From contig NW_024704742.1 in NCBI RefSeq assembly GCF_018977255.1, positions 42,782,001 through 42,846,000 of the forward strand: a DNA stretch of 64,000 nucleotides. Direction: 5' to 3'. The notes beneath the pieces were generated by a model. It did no database searches. It had not been told where the DNA came from and worked only from the letters and a program-made list of their open reading frames with translations. The DNA is from Callorhinchus milii (lineage: Eukaryota). Every line of letters starts with the position of its first letter. The first letter of the stretch is position 1. The translations under genes and the position numbers were made by a program. Below are positions 52,231 to 64,000 of this stretch, piece after piece.

Positions 52231-55200
52231 AATTGCTTCCTCATGTTTCTACTTCCTAGACACAGGTATCATAAGATCACAAGAGAGATGTGACTACTGG
52301 TATCAGAAGTATCTGATTCTACCTAACTACGAACCTTACCATCTTCCCATTATCCAATAAGTCTAAACAAAAAATTGTAGTAATCATAAATATAAAAGGA
52401 GCATGGTATTTTATTCTCTCTTGTATATCTCCCACCTCAGTGCGTCTCTGGATTACTTTCTGGTTCTCCCTCTGAAAGTCACCAAAAAAGGATGTCAAAC
52501 TCTTTGTCCCATTTAGGCAGAATGATGCATTTTGTCTTTATGAAAGGGGTCAGTAAATTAGATTTTTTTTGCCACCATACAATACTCACACAGAACACTT
52601 CAGTTGGTCAACTGTTTACATCATTTATTGTAATGAGAGCATTTTTTGCATTAAATGTCAACTCTTCAAAAGATGAAGAAAGACACAAATTATATAACAG
52701 TGATCCTGATGCAAGCATGCAAAGATCAGAATAAAGTATTTTCAAAAAGAAAGATGACTCCTGTGAAAAGGGTACAATAATTTGAGGAAAAAGTTTTTAA
52801 AAAGAAATAAGAATTACACTAATTGCAACTTTTTTATACTTTCATTGTTTAACATTGAACAGAAGGAGTCCAGGAGAGAATGTTAGACATATACTATCTG
52901 GTATTGCTTATAATTTTGAGTTGTACACATTTTATATTTAATCTGAGTTATGAAATTCTGCTAGAAAATGCTACAAGTAAATGGCCCAATCTTTTAGCTC
53001 ATGATGGAATCAAAGTTCTGCAGAAAATACATTTGAATGGTCTTTTATAAAAGTAAAAATAACATATTTCCTAATGATCAAATCTGAAGTGAAATGTTAT
53101 TGCAATAGATGTCAAAGCTACATCTAATTCTTTGTTATTAACTTACACAATGAAATTGGGGAAAAAAATCTTTAATGAAGAGCTTTTCCTTTTCACAAAA
53201 GTGACACTGTTATACTCGTACTCATTTTGCTGAGACATAGTCTTATATATTTCTAAGTAATAGTGCTTTTAAATACAATTAGTGAGGTCTATTACTGCAA
53301 CTATAACTCATTTACCAGAAATTAGTCATACAGAGAAGTATGAATTAGAATTTAAATTGAATTCTGATATAAAATCATTCACATTATTATACATGGAATT
53401 GCATTATCACACACATTTTAAAACAATGCCAAATGGTAATCATTTCAATTGATATTATCAAAGAAAAAGACATTTGTATCTTACCTTTGTCTTCCACTGG
53501 AATAAATCAACTATAAATTAATCTGTTGAGGACTGCAGCAATTATCCTGAGCAATTATCCTAACTAGAGCGTTCTTTGCTCAAAGTAGAAGGCTCACCCT
53601 GTGGCTGTTATTGAAAAGCCAAGCTGCTCAATTGAGAGAAAGAAAACACTGATCATCGGAGCCCTGCAGATCTACTCAATAGCTCAGAAATCTGAAGTCA
53701 CTCACAGCTATAGGAAGCTTGAGGACAAGCTTACTCAAGCACCCAATAAATCTCCATCATTCCATTTATCACAACGACTGCCACTTCACAGCAACTGACA
53801 ACCATTTAGCAACAACCAATTAAAATTGGGAACTAGCCGTTGAGCTCAAGACAAGGGTAGGGGTAGAGGGGAGAGAATACATTGCACAATGTCACTTAAA
53901 TATGATTACAACAAACTACTGAACTAAACTTGATACTGCAGCTAGTCTTACAGTAATCACAAGAGACTAGCTCCATTCACATGAATAAAAGCTATTGAGG
54001 GAACTTATTAAGTTCAGAAATTCATTCTTTTTTTACTTAGTCATTCTGAAAACCATCAATATTAATTGATAAAGAAAACACTCTTTATGCCAGACCTGCT
54101 CTAGTCTAAGAAGTTTACCTTGACAATATTTAGTCCAAAATGACAGTGGCAAATCTTTGGACGGGGAAAAATAAATTCTGTTCTCAATACACGAAGGTTC
54201 AAATTCCATTCAGATAACTTGGTTAAAACATTCCCTCAACTTCTCATACTCTCGTGAACCAAGTAAAGCAACTACGGCAAAAAATCCAAAACAAACATTC
54301 ATGCCACTGGCATGAATGTTTTCTTCACCAGTTCAATAAGGATGAAGTATGGTACAATACATTCTATAAAAGGTTGCAATAGCCTTATATTTCTTTCTGG
54401 AGATAAGTGTGATCATATAGCTGGTGTCAATATCCCAACACACGCTCAATGGTTGCCGACTATTACCTCTTGGCAACTGTTACCTCTTGCCACCCCTCAT
54501 CTAAACTTTACAAGATTAGGTGAACAGAGTCATTCCTCCGTGGAGAAAATGCTTAGTCCATTCCAAACAAACAGAAATTTTCCCATATTTTTGGGGTTCT
54601 CATTAGTTTAGTTTGGAAACATGACTTTGGGTTTCCACGCGTTTCCAGTTTGGACAAAACAAGGGAGTGACTTGAGAAATAGAGCCCACAAGACTGTTCT
54701 GTCTTAACGTTTAAGATCACACAAAATTATGGAAAAAAATAATTCAACCTCAATTTAGAAATCAGTTAAATGCAGTTCATACAAAGAAATGGCCTCCAAA
54801 TTAAGATTGAATTGAAGAATTTTTCACAATTGTGTACAATCTTAAATTTTAAGATAAAATGAAATTACCAGCTAAGGCTAGGTGAAATTTACTGGCTCAG
54901 ATAATTACTTCAATAAATGTTACACTCCAGACGCTTAATTTCTGTTGAGAGTGTACTCTGAGTGTACATGCACATTGTCAGTCATCATAGTTCAGTCTGC
55001 AGTCACTTTTCATCACCCACAGAGTTCCACATGAATATCTGAATTTAATCAGATTTTTTAAAAATAATCAAATTTAATTTTAATGTAAGTAACAAAATTC
55101 TTCAAGCACAATCCTCTCTATTGTTTCACTAATAATGGGAAAGCCAAGCCTACAAATCTGATCCAATTTATTTGTAATGTTTACCTATTACAGTATTCTG

Positions 55201-57944
55201 GACGTCAGAACAGGATATCAGAATGGTCTGAAAGAATGTTTCAGTATCATGATCGGAGTCAAGGTCACTTACCCAATTCATGATATTCTTGACTTTTAAT
55301 ACAATTTTACAACACTGCACAATTAACTTGCATCCCGGATGCAACCTGCTGTCCTCAATTTCTACAGTTTGTATATGTTCCCTGTAGCAATTATGTAAGT
55401 TATAACATCGTAATGAATGTGATGCAGATGGCATATGTTAATTGCATAGAACACACAGTTGTGCACCTGCATTAGCTTCTACCAGCTGTCTATGTTCATA
55501 CTGTATTTCCAACCTATTAAACACAGAACACTGGTATTTTTCTTCTCCAATTTTACCATTTTAAATCAGCAACTAGATTTTCATACCTAATATAGTACTA
55601 TCACTTAGATAGTAATAGACCTTAAACACCATATTAAAAAATCTGTATTCAAAACACTATGAAATTTTAGAATTTTCTTAAATTCAAGCTTAATTTGGAA
55701 GCCCTATTTCCACAAATCAGCTTCTCCTAAATTAAATTGAACTTAAAATTGTTTACCAAAATTCAACACAACCCAAAATTTCAAAACAATGATCTGAAGC
55801 CTGAGAATTTTCATCCTCTGGTGCTTACAGAATGTAACATCAGAGATCAAAAATCCTTATGGTCTCAGGGTTAAGAACACTGTCTTACAATTTAAGATTA
55901 TGCAGAATTTTGGAATATTGTGAAATTCAATCTTATTTAGAAACTGGTTCTCAGCACTTCTTAAGATCAAGTCCATAAGAGATTTTAAGTCTCAGATGCA
56001 ATATCATTTTAGAAATTATTTTATTTGTTCTTAGAATGTCACACAGGCACTTCAGGGTGAAATTCCTTTTTGTGTTTAAGTATAGCAACTTGAGGATGTC
56101 TGTGCAAATTATTAGGGTTGCTGTACATAGCAAAATAAAAATTTTCCATTGAATTTTGATTCTCATGGAGAAATTATAAATTTTAAATTGTTCCTGCTCC
56201 AACCATAAATTTATCCACAAAAGAAAAAGTATCAAAGTCAACATTAACTCTTATTTTTTGTTCTACGATTACATTTAGATAAAGAAGAAATTATTCTTCA
56301 AAATCAGTTCCAGAGTGATGTGGGGAGTGGGAAGCTTTATTTATACTTCCTCCTCAATATATTAGCTTGTTTCTATGTTCTGTACATGCCACAGCTGGCT
56401 CTAAATTAACAATAAAAAATGTTCCCTTGAAAGCTGCTGAGCCATCTATTGAGCCACCAAAGAACGTTTAAGTGACCATTTGAAACAGAAGCCTAAATCA
56501 GTTTACAGCCACTGAATCGAATTGCTGCTGAAATCATCTTCCCAAAGGTTTCCAGATAGGCCTCAGCACATATTGTTCCAAAATCTTGCTACAAAATTAA
56601 ATTTCACTGAATCGCCACAGGAAGCTCAGTATAAACCAAGCATTATCACAGTTCTTCTCCAGTCAATCAAAAATTGTACTTGAAATGCACAGCATTTTAA
56701 ACTATTTCATATTTATGTAAACCAAATAACATTACCTTAACCGATAAAATAAATTAAGGCACCAAAATGTAAATGAATAAATGAAAACAGGTTGTTTCTG
56801 CACAATTATAATAATAATAATCCTTGCATTTGATAACTGTTAGAAATTACCTAAAGCTTACTTCACTGTAACTTCTAAATTGTTGCATTAAATTACTCCT
56901 AACAAATATGGTACAATATGCATGGGATCACAATACACACTCAACAGAAGAAGTGATCTGCAATGCATGTTTACAGAAAGAACCTTTGTTTATATTTTGT
57001 CTGCACTGGTAACTCTCTGGCTACAGTTCAGTCATTCTAAATGTTCGTATTGTTTGCGTATATTTCCATTTTTTTTGCATATATAAATAAGTGATGAATA
57101 ATATTATCTATTTCATGCTAGATTATTAATGTACATGTTGCTTTACTTCAAAGTAGCGGCAATAACTTATGGGAGTGATCTAGTATTATAGAAGGTACCT
57201 TGCCCGTATGTTGAGGCTATTTGCGCAGTCTTTAGAAAATAATTTCAGAACAAAAATATTTCCAAGTGTTACTGGAGCAATAAAGCTGTGTCTAGCTTTA
57301 GCATAAGATGTATGAATACTAAATTCATTAATTTAGCATTCATGACAAATATAAATTCATTGGCCTTGCAAGTCATTCCATTAATGCCTCCCGTCTCCTT
57401 CAGCACTGCTCTAGTCATTATAAAACATGCTGACACTGCTCCCACCAGAACAGCTAATAGTTCTATTGGCAATTTTAGAAGTTTGGCAGCACTGCACAGT
57501 GTCCTCATTGTAAAACATGACCATGAAATATCCTTGTAGATGTTAAAATATCCTTGAATGTAGAAAGAAAGTATATTTTAAGCACTCTGAATACGAAGCA
57601 ACTTTCTCAAGATGTGTTGCATGTGATCATTCTTAGAATGACCCAGAACAAATCTACTCTTACGTGAAAAACTCAAGAGCACATTGGTCCTCAATGTCAA
57701 CCAAAAATGTCTGAAGGATTCATCTACAATGGGTTACAATGCAAGGAAGACTTGCAGAAGTCCATAGTGCTAAAGGTCTAAGTGAGTTAGAAAAGTCAAC
57801 CTCTAGAATAGCATAAACAATGATACTCCACAAATATCCAATGAGTGTTCTACATTTCCACCACAATTTTGAGAGGATATGACACAAAACATAATTTATG
57901 TCTGCAAAAGTGAGTCAAACTAGAAAACAATTACACACATATCA

Positions 57945-58075
57945 TAGAATCATGGAATTATACAGCACAGAAAGAAACCATTCAGCCCATCGTGTCTGTG
58001 CCGACTCTTTTAAAAGAGCTATCCAAATCAATCCCACTCCCCCGCTCTCTCTCCATAGCCCTGCAAACTTGTCCT
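57945..58075 (-). mobile_element. CR1 LINE 3' tail
   Basis: ATCATAGAATCATGGAATTATACAGCACAGAAAGAAACCATTCAGCCC is the reverse of the tail at 47460-47510. Confidence 0.78.
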
Positions 58076-58244
58076 ATTGTGATGGTCAGGATGAGGAAGA
58101 ATCCCAGACTCAACAAACAATAATAAATACTGAGATACACTGAAAATGTCATAGTTTGTAAGCAATGTTTCAATATCAAAAGAGAATATCTCATGACCAG
58201 CCTCAAGAAGTAAGAAATGACCTGAACAGGTTGAAGAAAACTAG

Positions 58245-58645
58245 GTGTCAGCCTGGCTATGTCGGTCTCACTCTTACTTCCGAGTCAGAAGATCATGGGT
58301 ACAAGCTCCACCTCGCTGACATCCTAAGTGAGGAAGTGCTACATTGCCATGTTTCAGATGAGATGTGAAACCAGTCCCCATTCGCTTGTTCAGATGGACT
58401 TTAAAGATTGCATGGCACTATTGAAATATAAATGTTTCTCCTGCTGTCCGGGCCAATAATGCTCAGATAAATTGATAATTTGCTTCATGGCTGGTTGTGG
58501 GATATGACTACGTGCAACTCAACTGTTGCAATCACCTAAAAAATACACAGTATCTCCACTTTGCAGTAAAATCCTGGGAAGTGCTTTGTAACATACTCCT
58601 TGACATGAAAGTCAACGAATATGTAAAATGCAAGGATTATTATTC
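58245..58645 (+). mobile_element. Old Deu-domain SINE
   Basis: GAGTCAGAAGATCATGGGTACAAGCTCCAC...TTTCAGATGAGATGTGAAACC...TAAAGATTGCATGGCACTATT...AAATGCAAGG(ATT)n. Confidence 0.78.
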
Positions 58646-59251
58646 TAACTACCTTCTGACTGCCAGAAGTAGTTAATTTGTTAGTTGAATATGAATATGA
58701 GTATTGCCAAAGAGTTTCTACAGACTCCTGATGCATTGAAGTGGGACCACCCTCCAAGATCCCAAACATGCTAATAGTGATGTAACTTAAACTCAGTCAT
58801 CAGTAAATTAAACTAAGTACTGTTGCCCACACTACATTATTGTAGTCAGTACTTGGGTAGAAATTCCAGCTGAATCTAAATTGACTTTGTTTCCATAACA
58901 TTTTTGAATTTTCAAAATCTGTGTTTAATATGGACGCTGGTAAATTCTATGAAAAATTACAGAAAATGGACTTCAAAGTTAAAACTGAATTCAGCAATTT
59001 GTCACACTCTGAAATGCTATGTTAATAGAGTAAATCTAGACCCAGGTGGAATTTCTATCTATGGTCTAGGACACTGGAAGAAACTCCCTTCTCCTTTCAA
59101 ATAGATGTATCAGTGAAGGACAATGCAAATCAAGAATTGAATGCAATTCACCTCCAGCAATATAGTGGACTATCAGCCTAAATTAAGGGGCAATGACCCC
59201 ACGAGCGTCTGTCCCAAAGGTGAATGTACCACTTACTAAACAAACATCATA

Positions 59252-59633
59252 CAGTCCCGTAGCTTAGTGTTTAGAGCACTCGCTGCGGAAGTGAGAGGAC
59301 CTGGATTCAATTCCCGGCAGGGCGAAACGTTGGGCATGCTTCCTTGACTTTGCATGCCTCTGTTTACCGAGCAGTAAATAGGAACCTGGTTGTTAGTCGA
59401 TTGGTGGATCGCTTTTTCTGGGGATAATAATCTCTTCCAAAACAAATAAAATAAATGATAATAATAATTTGGTCACTTAATCCACAACTGTTTGTAGGAC
59501 ACTGCTGTGTGTAACTGGCTGCCGCATTTCACCCAAACAAAATACAATCAATTTGCAGTATATTCTGTGAAGCTCTTTGAGATGTCTAGAAGATGTGATA
59601 AGGTGCTATATCAAATGCAAGGATTATTATTAA
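59252..59633 (+). mobile_element. Full-length tRNA-derived SINE
   Basis: GTCCCGTAGCTTAGTGTTTAGAGC...GGATTCAATTCCC, collinear with the 11475 copy. Confidence 0.92.
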
Positions 59634-59639
59634 TACGGG

Positions 59640-59900
59640 AACTGACAATCATAAAGGAGTCGATCATCACTATTGAAGTTTCAAGAGAAAAAAAACATGC
59701 AAATATGTTTCCCATAATCAGGAACGGTCACAGACACTATATCTGACAAATGCATTCTCATTGGCTTGACCTCAATAATTTGAAAAATCATCAGAAAGGA
59801 AATCAAGAAATCTGTGTAAAAAAACAACCTAATAAAAGACAGCCAGTATGGATTTGGAAGGGATAGATTTTGCCTGAACAACCTTATAGACCTTTTGAGT
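59640..59900 (+). mobile_element. Degenerate CR1 ORF2 fragment
   Basis: ANMFPI-like and SQYGFGRDRFCLNNL-like (QHGF..GRSCLTNL) segments. Confidence 0.55.
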
Positions 59901-61079
59901 TGACATTGTGAATTGACTGTATTTTGTAAGTGATACATTACTATTCAATGTAAATAACTGACTATTTGTTTCCTTCATGTAATTGAGATTAGGTCAAAAA
60001 TAGAGCATTGTACAGGCACTAATTTAAATGGAGCACTTCATGCAACCCACTCAAACCAGAGATAAAATTATGACCTTTTACTCCATGCATTGTTTTTCAA
60101 ACATACACTGTATTCAAACAAAATCAATGTACTGAAAATGTAAAACGAGCACTGATTGAAGATTGGAATGCTTGTGTGAGATCATCATTGCAGAAAAAAT
60201 GTCACAATAAATCTTAATGTGAGAATTATTTGGCAGTTGCAAAGAAAAATACAGAGCCACCAAGACCCTTATGTATACTCAATGTCATCAGGAATATAAG
60301 ACATTTCCCTTCCACTTACATCTTACAGAATACACACTATAATTGGGCAGGATCAAACTGCACACCACCATCGATGTGGCAATACTCTTAAAGTAAGAAA
60401 GTCATTTAGAAACAGTGCGGAGCTATAGAAGAAGTAAATATCCTTCTATAAGTAAGTTATAGTTACTTCTCCTGAGGAATTTCATTTTCTTCTTTCCTTG
60501 GGACTTGCCCCCTAAGGTGTTCAGCCTCTCCAGTAGTGTTTGATACAGGGAGGAGCTGGGTTCAGTTACTTTGGATCTGGTTAATAATAGTTATCCTTCC
60601 ATTTGTTATAGTGCCTTATCACATCATCGAGACGTTTTGAAGCACTTCACAGGATTCACTGTAAACTGTTGTGAATGTATACTTATAGGGAATGAGGCAG
60701 CTAATTATACCAATATGTTTGTACCTCAATGTGGAAGGATATAATTTAATAGAGAGATCTATATCTAGGGAAATTACTTTGGGCAAAAAATACCTAATTT
60801 ACTTTCCTCAACCTTCAAAAGTTATAAGAAAATAACATAATTGCACAAATGTAGTCATTGCAATAAATGCCTCAGGACAATCTATCTAGGAAAAGCATAG
60901 GCACATGAAAAATGCACACTGATAAAGCAACTTTTTTCAGATTGTTAAGCTACATAAAAGTTCTGAAGTTATTGATTGCTTCAAATTCGTTATCCAATTT
61001 GTAAGAAAACTATATACAGTGTATACAATTCAATTATTTTTATCAATACTGTATTGCAAAGACTTTGTTGTAAGAAGGT

Positions 61080-61395
61080 AATAATAATAATACTAACCCT
61101 TGCATTTGCTATAGCGCTTTTCACGTCTTCTAGACGTCTCAAAGCGCTTCACAAAATACACTGTAAAGTGAATTGACTGTATATTTGTGGGCGAAACGTG
61201 GCAGCCAATTGTGCACAGCAGTGTCCCACAAACAGTCGTGGATTGAGTCACAAAATTATTATTGTTTTTTTTCTCATGGGGGATTATCAGGCGTGTGGAG
61301 TAAGGAAACTTGCCCAAGGTTTCGCCCTGCCGGGAATCAAACCCAGGTCTCTCGCTTGCAAGGTGAGTGCTCTAACCACTGAGGACAGGACTCCA
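61080..61395 (-). mobile_element. tRNA-derived SINE with an internal deletion
   Basis: Tail at 61080-61150 and head ...GCTCTAACCACTGAGGACAGGACTCC. Confidence 0.9.
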
Positions 61396-61925
61396 AGGTA
61401 TAGCTTCTATTACATTTTCTTCAATGGAATTGCGGTGCCTTAATTTCAACATATGCAGTTAGTGTTATTATTTGCTTGCACATGTTGACATTTTTATTTT
61501 TATGGGACGAGATGAATGGCATTGATGTGCACTGTGTATCCTATCCTAGGGCAATCCCAAATGATGTTTGCCTGTAGAATGATTAAGATCAATTTATAAT
61601 GTCATTAAACCCAGGAACACTGTATTGGAAAAAAGATTAACTGCCGTTTACCATTGACCTTAGGCTTCCCAATTGCAAAATACAGGAGATTCAGGAGAAA
61701 AGCACTTTGCTAAATTATCTACAGATTGTAAATTCTTTATAGATCAATCCAGCAATCACTCTTTCTGCGGATTTCAATTTTAATTATGCAATATGAACAA
61801 TGAGAGATCCATGAATTTGATTCTTTCAGTATTAATAATAATCCTTGCATTTTGAAATAGCACCTTATCACATCACCGAGATGTCTCAAAGTGCTTCACA
61901 AGATATAATAATAATCTTTGCATTT

Positions 61926-63554
61926 GACATCATCAACTTGTCCCTCTCCTCTGGCTCTGTTCCCATTCCCCTTACAACTCCACCATCACTCCCACATTGA
62001 AAAAATCCTCCCTTGATGCGTCGCAGCTATCAAGCTACCGACCCATCTCCAACCTCCCCTTCCTGTCCAAGGTTCTTGAAAGAGTTGTCGCCTCCCAGCT
62101 GCACTCTTTCCTCTCCACCCATTCATTATTTGAACCCCTTCAGTCAGGTTTCCGTGCTGCCCACAGCACAGAAACCGCCCTGGTCAAGGTCACCAATGAC
62201 ATTTTGACCATCAGCGACCAGGGCTCCCTCTGCCTCCTCATCCTCCTCGACCTATCGGCCGCATTCGATATGGTCGACCACTCTATCCTCCTCCACTGCT
62301 TGTCCTCCCACCTCAACCTTCAAGGCCCTGTCCTTGAGTGGTTTAGGTCCTACCTTTCTCACCGTCTTCAGTTTGTTTCCACAAACGGCTTTTCCTCCAG
62401 CCCCCGCACTGTCTCGTGCGGTGTCCCTCAGGGCTCTGTCCTCGGTGCCCTCCTCTTCACCCTCTATATGCTCCCCCTTGGTGACATCATCCGCAGACAT
62501 GGGGTTAACTTCCACATGTATGCGGATGACACCCAACTCTACCCTTCCTCTTCTACCCTCAACTCCACGACCAACGATGTCCTGACAGCTGCCTGTCCGA
62601 CATCGAGTCCTGAATGAAAGACAACTTTCTTCAGCTCAACATGTGCAAGACTGAGGCCCTCCTGATTGGCTCACGTCAGCGCCTCCGCACCTCAGCCGCT
62701 GACAGCATCAGCATCCAAGGCTGCACTCTAAACCTCTCAAAGCCGCTCAGGAACCTCGGGGTTCTGTTCGATCCTGAGTTGTCCTTTCTTCCTCATATCC
62801 GCACCACAAATGGTACCGCCTTCCATCACCTCCGAAACATCGCCAGACTACAGCACTACCTCACCCCTCACGCTGCTCAAACTCTGGCCCACGCATTTAT
62901 CACCTCAAGGCTGGACTATACGAACTCTCTCCTCGCCGGCCTTCCCGGCACCTCCCTCCACAAGCTGCAGGTCATTCAGAACTCTGCAGCTCGTGTACTG
63001 TCCCGCACCAGGCTTCGCGACCACATCACTCCCACCCTCGCTCGCCTCCACTGGCTCCACATCCCCCAGAGGATCGAATTCAAGATCCTCATCCTCACCT
63101 ACAAGGCCATTCACGGCCTTGCCCCCTCCTACCTCTCTGACCTACTGTCCCCCTACCTACCTGCTCGTACCCTCTGTTCCTCTGGCTCCGGTCTGCTCCA
63201 CATCCCCCGCCCCAACCGCCCTACCATCGGTGGCCTTCAGCCTCTCAGCCCCCAGGCTCTGGAACTCTATCCCCCAGTGCCTTCGCCGCCTCCTCCCTTT
63301 CCTCCTTCAAGGCCGGTCTCAAGACCTTTCTCTTTAACCGTGACTTCAGCTCCCCTCTCGACTCTCTACCCCCTCCTCGCTCCCTCCCTTCCCTCCCCTC
63401 ACCCTGACCATTTCCCCCCTGCTCACTCCCTCCCTTCCCTCCCCTCACCCTGACCATTTCCCCCCTGCTCGGGTCCCAACCCAACTGTCCAGCGCCTTGG
63501 GACGTCCTCCCAACGTGAATGGCGCTCTATAAATTAAATCTTCTTGTTGTTGTT
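61926..63554 (+). mobile_element. L2 LINE, 5'-truncated, best-preserved ORF2 RT in the window
   Basis: ORFs 61997-62617 and 62614-63453 contain [41 protein letters not shown] and HWLHIPQRIEFKIL. Stem-loop and (TTG)n tail. An approximately 47-bp tandem duplication lies in the 3' UTR (about 63380-63470). Confidence 0.95.
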
Positions 63555-63900
63555 GATATAGCACCTTATCACGTCTTCGAGAAGTCTCAAAGCACTTCAC
63601 AGAATATACCGTAAAGTGAAATGTCTGAACACTTTGTGGGCAAACGTGGTAGCCAACTACACACAGCAGTGTCCAACAAACAGTCGTGGTTTAAGTGAAC
63701 ACATTTTTTTTTATTTAACTTTTTTTTGAAGGCATTATTAACCATGGAAAAGCGATCCACCAATCGACTAACAACCGGGTTCCTACTTACTGCTAGGTAA
63801 ACAAAGGCATGTGGGGTAAAGAAATTTGTCCAATGTTTCGCCCTGCTGGCAAACAAACCCAGGTCCTCTTGCTTGTGTGGCGAGTGTTCTAACCAGGAAT
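63555..63900 (-). mobile_element. tRNA-derived SINE whose tail (about 61907-61925) was separated by the L2 insertion
   Basis: AATAATCTTTGCATTT lies left of the L2 and GATATAGCACCTTATCACG right of it. Joined, they rebuild the standard SINE tail. Confidence 0.88.
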
Positions 63901-64000
63901 CCACATATACTTTAAAGCGGATTACTATGATTTTTTTGTATGTGAAACACACCAGTATATAATAATTAATATTATTATTTTCAGTAAAGTGAAGATAATA

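Noticed and set aside
53608..53636. Minus-strand micro-exon reading QLGFSITATG (PDZ-like GLGF loop)
   Set aside because: Too short to distinguish from chance, and no other PDZ segments were found.
61997..63453. Long reverse-transcriptase ORFs as a novel RT system or host gene
   Set aside because: They are 5'-truncated, frameshifted L2 ORF2 with a typical L2 tail and several related copies in the window.

Overview
AT-rich vertebrate non-coding DNA, probably a large intron or gene desert. The repeat complement suggests a cartilaginous fish, possibly a chimaera (inference, not a database result): L2 LINEs with (TTG)n tails, CR1 LINEs, tRNA-derived Deu-domain SINEs with L2-type tails, and Penelope-type termini. 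I could not recognise any intact host gene. Nearly all long ORFs in the track are L2/CR1 ORF2 remnants or their antisense shadows. The notable items read directly from the sequence are: a degraded HSP70/HSC70 fragment (35025-35167) abutting a TIR-bounded MITE; a TSD-flanked Penelope-type insertion forming a 53-bp hairpin with a degenerate hammerhead-like core (40527-40716); a 66-bp inverted templated duplication (14808-14873 / 15756-15821); a three-copy unclassified old repeat; a Tigger/pogo-like MITE with a nested SINE; an L1-clade ORF2 remnant; matched LINE/SINE 3' stem-loop tails; and a few low-confidence exon and conserved-element candidates. I found no convincing previously undescribed biological system. 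Repeat boundaries were read by eye and are approximate.
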